DNA of 64,000 nt from Candidatus Hydrogenedentota bacterium (GTDB taxonomy: Bacteria; Hydrogenedentota; Hydrogenedentia; Hydrogenedentales; SLHB01), in contig BTWA01000006.1 of NCBI GenBank assembly GCA_045863295.1, forward strand, positions 1-64,000, read 5' to 3'. The position numbers and the translations under genes are program-made. The notes below the pieces were generated by a model, which searched no databases, had not been told where the DNA came from, and was given only the letters and a program-made list of their open reading frames with translations. Below are positions 58,854 through 64,000 of this stretch, in pieces (position 1 is the stretch's first letter; each line of letters begins with the position of its first letter).

Positions 58854-58946
58854 GCGCCATCCTCCCTACAGCCAGGCGCTATCGTATGACACGTTTCGGA
58901 GCAGATCAAGTGTTTCATTCGAAACACGGAGTGGTGCGCTAATGAT

Positions 58947-59831
58947 TCAATCTTTGGCCCGGTCTGTTGCGCTAGCGGTTGTGCGTTTGCTCTGGTACCA
59001 AAGGCCAGCGAATAGCCCGATTCCCAATCCGACCGTGAGCAGTGAGAACACTTGCTGATCGGTTAAATTGAGTATTCGTACAGGGTTTCCATCATCCCGA
59101 AGCGATTCGTTATAGGTGCGAAACAGGCCGTAGAGGATGAGATACAGGCTTATCAGGCTTCCTGCGAAAGGTTTGAATTTGTTCCGTATGAACAACAGTA
59201 CAAAGAACATGAGTGTCAGGGCGAACGTCTCATAGAGTTGTGTGGGGTGAACCGGGTACGACCACAAGGCGTCGGGCGGAAGGCCGTATTGTGCATGATG
59301 GATATAGGGTGGGCTGCCTTCAATGGGTTTGCTGAGGTCGAGTGGAACGCGCGGGAAAGCGATTGCCCAAGGCAGATCAGAGCGTCTTCCAAAGCAACAG
59401 CCATTCAGGAAGCACCCGATACGTCCGATGCCGTGTGCCAGGGGAATGTATGGAATGGCGATATCCATGGTCTTGAGAAATGGCAACTTATTTTTTCGCA
59501 GCCACCACCACAAGAACGGCAATGCAAATGGGATGGCGCCCTGGAAGACCAGTCCACCTCGCCATACGGCGATCATATTCACCAGGCTTTGCTTCCAGGT
59601 AAACATGGGATTGAAATAGGCTTCCGGGAACATGACGATGTGAAAGATCCGGGTGCCTAGCAGGCCTAAAATGAGGGTCCAGAACGCGCCGTCGATCAGG
59701 ACATCGGCGTTCAGGTCATACTTTTTGGCATCTCGCCGAATGAAGAATATGGCCGTTAGAAATGCAATGGCCATCATGAGTCCGTAGGAGTGAAATGCAA
59801 TAGGACCCAGTTTAAGCAGCGTTGGGTACAT
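58947..59831 (-). CDS. lgt: prolipoprotein diacylglyceryl transferase
   Basis: 'SYGLM', 'GGLVFQG', 'GRIGCFLNGCC.G', 'HPTQLYE'. Confidence 0.93.
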   Translation of the reverse strand: MYPTLLKLGPIAFHSYGLMMAIAFLTAIFFIRRDAKKYDLNADVLIDGAFWTLILGLLGTRIFHIVMFPEAYFNPMFTWKQSLVNMIAVWRGGLVFQGAIPFALPFLWWWLRKNKLPFLKTMDIAIPYIPLAHGIGRIGCFLNGCCFGRRSDLPWAIAFPRVPLDLSKPIEGSPPYIHHAQYGLPPDALWSYPVHPTQLYETFALTLMFFVLLFIRNKFKPFAGSLISLYLILYGLFRTYNESLRDDGNPVRILNLTDQQVFSLLTVGLGIGLFAGLWYQSKRTTASATDRAKD

Positions 59832-60333
59832 CGGATTCCTTGTCTTCCCGTGTGTGGCGCCAGCCAAAGAGTAACAACGCTACACCCAGGCATATCCAAG
59901 CATCTGCGACGTTGAATGCCGGATATAGTTTCCATGGTAGATTCAAGTCGATGAAGTAGAAGTGGAACTGAAGGAAATCGATAACACCCCCCCGGACAAT
60001 CCGGTCAAACAGATTTCCCGCGGCGCCCGCCACGACCAGTCCGAAACCGATGGACTGAGTTCGAGACGCCGGATTCAACTGTGGAAACAGATATAATAAG
60101 ATCAGGCTGGCCAATATTGGAGCAGCAAACGGCACAACGGGCACGCCGCTGAACCTTCCACCGATGATTCCCGTATTCCGTTCATGCGTCAGAAAGAAGA
60201 ACGTGTCCGGTTTGAATGGCACGCTTCCGGCGGGAATGGTTCTGTTTATCCACTCCTTGGTGCACTGATCGGACACGATGCCCGCTAATACGGCCAGCGT
60301 GACCCAAAGTAGTTGCTTTTTTCGTTCCGTCAC
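59812..60333 (-). CDS. lspA: signal peptidase II
   Basis: 'DQ.TK', 'NTG', 'GA.GNL.DR', 'V.DF', 'FNVAD'. Confidence 0.93.
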   Translation of the reverse strand: MTERKKQLLWVTLAVLAGIVSDQCTKEWINRTIPAGSVPFKPDTFFFLTHERNTGIIGGRFSGVPVVPFAAPILASLILLYLFPQLNPASRTQSIGFGLVVAGAAGNLFDRIVRGGVIDFLQFHFYFIDLNLPWKLYPAFNVADAWICLGVALLLFGWRHTREDKESDVPNAA

Positions 60334-60341
60334 AACGAGGA

Positions 60342-60710
60342 CTACAGGTACCCTTCCTTTTCGATTTTTGACTGGCACTCGACGCAGTATTTTGCAGAGG
60401 GAAACACTTCAAGCCGTTTGCGCATGATTTCCTTTTCGCAACCCAGGCAGGTCCCGTATGTACCTTCTTTGATCCGCTCCAGAGCTTCGTCCACTTCGCT
60501 CAGCCGTGCAGACTCGTTGCTTGCGATTGTCAGCATGGTCTCACGCTCGTAGTTGTCGGTACCCACTTCCGCGTAACTTGAGATGTCCGCGGTATGGTCG
60601 GAAGAAGCGTCAAATTGCGTTTCCTCCTCCAGCGTCTTGAGGCCACGCGACAAGCGGGCACGCTCTTCGAACAGCAGGGTCTCGAACTTCTTCATTTCAC
60701 GTTTGTTCAT
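60342..60710 (-). CDS. DksA/TraR C4 zinc-finger protein
   Basis: Coiled coil followed by 'GTYGTCLGC...RL...P....CVEC'. Confidence 0.88.
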   Translation of the reverse strand: MNKREMKKFETLLFEERARLSRGLKTLEEETQFDASSDHTADISSYAEVGTDNYERETMLTIASNESARLSEVDEALERIKEGTYGTCLGCEKEIMRKRLEVFPSAKYCVECQSKIEKEGYL

Positions 60711-63543
60711 CCTGACCAACTCCTAGTTGCATTGCACATACGTGGCAAATCTGCGCATGGTCCGGGACAGAACCCACCGATTCCCGGACATGCCAGCAAC
60801 GGACACATTTTCCGCCGATAGCCGGCTTTACAGAAGCCAACACCTTGGCCTCGCTGGCTTTTGCCTCGGCGGATACCGGCAATACGACCACTTTCGAAAC
60901 AATGAAGATATCTTCCAATAACGATTTAGACTCGCTGAGGACTTTCGCCAACCCATCCGTGCCCGGTGTGAGCGTTACTTCGGCCTGGAGAGAGGATCCA
61001 ATTTCATTTTTGCGACGGATTTCTTCCAGCTCTTTTGAGACTATACCACGAACTCTGAGAAGTTCAGTCCATTTGGCCACGTCCGCTTCCGGCAACACAT
61101 ATTCAGGTTGCACTTCCGGAAACTGTTCCAGATGGACGGATTCAGAGGTTCGCAACGATGCAGGAAGACTTTCCCATGCTTCGTCGGACGTGAAGGCAAG
61201 AATCGGGGCGGTAATCTTGAGCAAATCCACCAGCACTTGAGCCAGTACAGTTTGGGCCGAGCGCCTTTCCGGCGAGTCTTCCGCAAAGGTATACAATCGG
61301 TCTTTCAGTACATCCAGGTAAAACGCGCTCATGTCCACATTGCAGAAGTTGTGAGTCGCATGGTAAACAACATGGAATTCATAATCGCGATAGGCGGTGA
61401 GGACGCGTTGCTTCAATATCTGTAATTGGTGCAATGCCCATTTGTCGATAGTGGTTAACGATTCGTAAGGCAAAGCCTGGTTTGGATCAAAATCAGCAAG
61501 ATTTCCAAGAATGTACCTGAATGTCCAACGGAAACGCTTATATGCGTCTTGCTGGCGCGTGAGGATTTCGTCCGAGACGCGAATATCTTGACGGTAGTTC
61601 TCGCTCGACACCCAGAGCCGCACAATATCGGCGCCGTAGGTTTTTAGCAGTTGCGGCAATCCGACGTAATTGCCCAGTTTCTTGGACATCGCTTTGCCTT
61701 CGCCATCCACCACATAGCCGTGCGTAAGCACTTCGCGGAAGGGTGGAAGACCTTTGGCCGCGATCGTGGGGATGAGCGACAACTGGAACCAGCCGCGGTG
61801 CTGGTCACTGCCTTCGAGATACATGTCAGCGGGCCACGCCAAACCGGGATGCCGCTCACACACGGCCCGGTTGCTCGCACCGGAGTCAAACCATACATCG
61901 AGGATGTCCGTTTCCTGGACAAATTCGGTATCTCCTGACTTCACACAACGGGCGTCCTTGGGGAGGATTTGAGACGCGGGAGTATCGAACCAACGATCAA
62001 TACCGTCTGTGGCGGAGAGTGCCAGTTGTTCGACACGCTTAAAACTCTCCGGCGTGGCATACACTTCTCCGCTGTTTTTCCCGTAAAAGACCGGAATAGG
62101 GACCCCCCACGCCCGCTGGCGGCTAAGGCACCAGTCCGGACGGGCCTGAATCATGCTGTATATGCGTTCCTTTCCCCATTCGGGAATCCATTTCACCTGT
62201 TCCACAGCACTGAGTGCCTTTTCCCGAAGGCCATTATGACTCATGCTGAGAAACCATTGGGGCGTGGCGCGGAAGATAATAGGGCCGCTACAACGCCAGC
62301 AGTGCGGGTAGCTATGTTGATACGGTTCGTTATGGATCATGGCCTCGGAGGCCCTCAGATCCTCCACGATGACCGGATTCGCTTTGAATACGTGTGTGCC
62401 TTCGTATTTCCCCGCATCTTTGGTGAATAAGCCGCCGTTATCAACCGGAGAAAACGGTTCGATTCCGTATTTGAGGCCAACGACGTAGTCCTCCTGGCCA
62501 TGGCCAGGAGCCGTATGCACGCATCCGGTACCCGCATCAAGCGTCACATGATTGCCGAGTATAACCGGGCAAACCCGATTACTTTCGATTACATGGCGGT
62601 AATTCGAGTGTTCTAAGTCCTTGCCTTGGAATGACTTGATGTGTTTATACCCTTCAATTCCGCAGGCTTGAAACGCCGCAGAAGACAGGTCCGAAGCCAG
62701 TATGAGTATCTCATCCCCCACTTTGTAGGCGCTGTATTCGAAGTCGGGGTGGACACAGATGGCCCGGTTCGCGGGAAGTGTCCATGGGGTGGTCGTCCAA
62801 ATGACGAACGAGACCTTGCCTGGGAGTCCCAAAATCGACCCTTCCGCGGGAAACTTCACATAAATTGAGGGCGAAGTCTTGTCGGCATATTCCACCTCCG
62901 CTTCAGCAAGTGCGGTGCGGCAATTTGGACACCAGTAGATAGGCTTAAGTCCGCGATAGATGCCGCCGGTCTGATAGATTTCCGCAAACGTGCGAATGAT
63001 AGTGGCCACGTATTGTGGACTGAGGGTCAGGTAGGGATTTTCCCATTCGCCGGTGATTCCGAGGCGTTTGAAGTTTTCCCGGTGGATATCGACATACTTG
63101 AGAGCAAATTCCCGGCATCGTTGCCGAATTTCTACCCGGCTGAACGACTTTGCTTTTTCTCCGAGTTCGGTCACAACCTTATGTTCGATTGGGAGACCGT
63201 GGCAGTCCCAGCCAGGTACGTATGGGGCGTCGTAACCGCCCATTTGCTTGGATTTTACAACCAGATCTTTCAAGATCTTATTCAGGGCATGGCCAGAGTG
63301 CAGTTCACCGTTGGCGTAGGGCGGGCCATCGTGGAGGACAAACCTGGGACGATTCTCTGATTGCTTTCGAAGACGACTGTATAGCTCCATGGCATCCCAG
63401 TGCTTGAGCCGTTCCGGTTCACGGGTCGTCAAGGATGCCCGCATAGGAAAGTCGGTCTTCGGCAGGTTTACGGGATACTTGGAGTCGCCCTCGGCAGCAT
63501 CATTGGGTTTTGGCTTGGGGGCGGATTTTGTAACTTCGGCCAC
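60697..63543 (-). CDS. ileS: isoleucyl-tRNA synthetase (type 1)
   Basis: 'LHDGPPYANG', 'GWDCHGLPIE', 'WTTTPWTLP', 'EGSDQHRGWF', C-terminal 'KCVRCW...C..C'. Confidence 0.97.
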   Translation of the reverse strand: MAEVTKSAPKPKPNDAAEGDSKYPVNLPKTDFPMRASLTTREPERLKHWDAMELYSRLRKQSENRPRFVLHDGPPYANGELHSGHALNKILKDLVVKSKQMGGYDAPYVPGWDCHGLPIEHKVVTELGEKAKSFSRVEIRQRCREFALKYVDIHRENFKRLGITGEWENPYLTLSPQYVATIIRTFAEIYQTGGIYRGLKPIYWCPNCRTALAEAEVEYADKTSPSIYVKFPAEGSILGLPGKVSFVIWTTTPWTLPANRAICVHPDFEYSAYKVGDEILILASDLSSAAFQACGIEGYKHIKSFQGKDLEHSNYRHVIESNRVCPVILGNHVTLDAGTGCVHTAPGHGQEDYVVGLKYGIEPFSPVDNGGLFTKDAGKYEGTHVFKANPVIVEDLRASEAMIHNEPYQHSYPHCWRCSGPIIFRATPQWFLSMSHNGLREKALSAVEQVKWIPEWGKERIYSMIQARPDWCLSRQRAWGVPIPVFYGKNSGEVYATPESFKRVEQLALSATDGIDRWFDTPASQILPKDARCVKSGDTEFVQETDILDVWFDSGASNRAVCERHPGLAWPADMYLEGSDQHRGWFQLSLIPTIAAKGLPPFREVLTHGYVVDGEGKAMSKKLGNYVGLPQLLKTYGADIVRLWVSSENYRQDIRVSDEILTRQQDAYKRFRWTFRYILGNLADFDPNQALPYESLTTIDKWALHQLQILKQRVLTAYRDYEFHVVYHATHNFCNVDMSAFYLDVLKDRLYTFAEDSPERRSAQTVLAQVLVDLLKITAPILAFTSDEAWESLPASLRTSESVHLEQFPEVQPEYVLPEADVAKWTELLRVRGIVSKELEEIRRKNEIGSSLQAEVTLTPGTDGLAKVLSESKSLLEDIFIVSKVVVLPVSAEAKASEAKVLASVKPAIGGKCVRCWHVRESVGSVPDHAQICHVCAMQLGVGQDEQT

Positions 63544-64000
63544 GGTACTTAGTCTCCAATAAGCCGGGGACTGTATCACAGTCCCTAAATGAATTCAAGG
63601 ATTGACAAGGGTTTAGAACGATTTCAGCGGTCCAGAATGGGATGGCTGTTTGGGCACCGATAAGTACAACTTGCCCAAGGTCATTCTAATAAACGCAAAG
63701 GGTTATGCGCAGGCACTGGGCGGTTTTTCGAGGAGTAATATGGCAAGGCCATGCGAGACGACCTGCTGGCGCGATTTAACGCATCTTTCCACATTCTTGT
63801 GAATCCATATTGGATCGAAGAGTTTGGCCACAATCGATCGAAGCGACAGCGGATTCTCGGTAGTCCGGCAATATCGTTCGTACCAACCGCTGGTACGTTC
63901 TTGATAAAGGCTTGATTCCACTAAAGTTAGGCCACTTGGAACAATAATTCGCGCCTCGATTGTATTCCAGTCGTACCATCGGCCAAAAAAATAGCGCCCG

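Overview
GC-rich bacterial chromosomal window. Many Tat/lipoprotein-signal hydrolases and a sulfatase give a PVC-like or Hydrogenedentes-like gene repertoire; this taxonomy is only a guess. From left to right: a small microcompartment (BMC) locus (tandem-domain shell protein, PhyH dioxygenase, two EutN/CcmL pentamers, class II aldolase); sulfatase, TetR, SDR and glycosidase genes; trkA-trkH-trkH; an ABC exporter; yggS-pheS-pheT-zapB-like-zapA-6S RNA; tRNA-Gly(CCC); then an accessory region with a complete type II-C CRISPR-Cas9 system; then serA, a degenerate XylR-type enhancer-binding protein and ileS-dksA-like-lspA-lgt. The CRISPR system has cas9-cas1-cas2 on the - strand, an 8-repeat array with 36-nt repeats and 30-nt spacers, and a divergently transcribed tracrRNA. 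Main finding: between the array and cas2 lies an unannotated 53-aa Cys-rich gene with a strong promoter, RBS and terminator. Beside it is a solitary degenerate repeat that can still pair with the tracrRNA. The 12 nt just 5' of that repeat (the seed position) exactly match the small gene's predicted transcription-start region. This looks like a Cas9-guided repression module, possibly a CRISPR-regulated toxin-antitoxin; function is inferred, not shown. The whole cas locus is also bracketed by a 146-bp direct repeat ending in a CRISPR repeat. It is flanked by a mini-array, two type I-E-like solitary repeats, a phage-like gene scrap and a 92-bp element also found near position 138.
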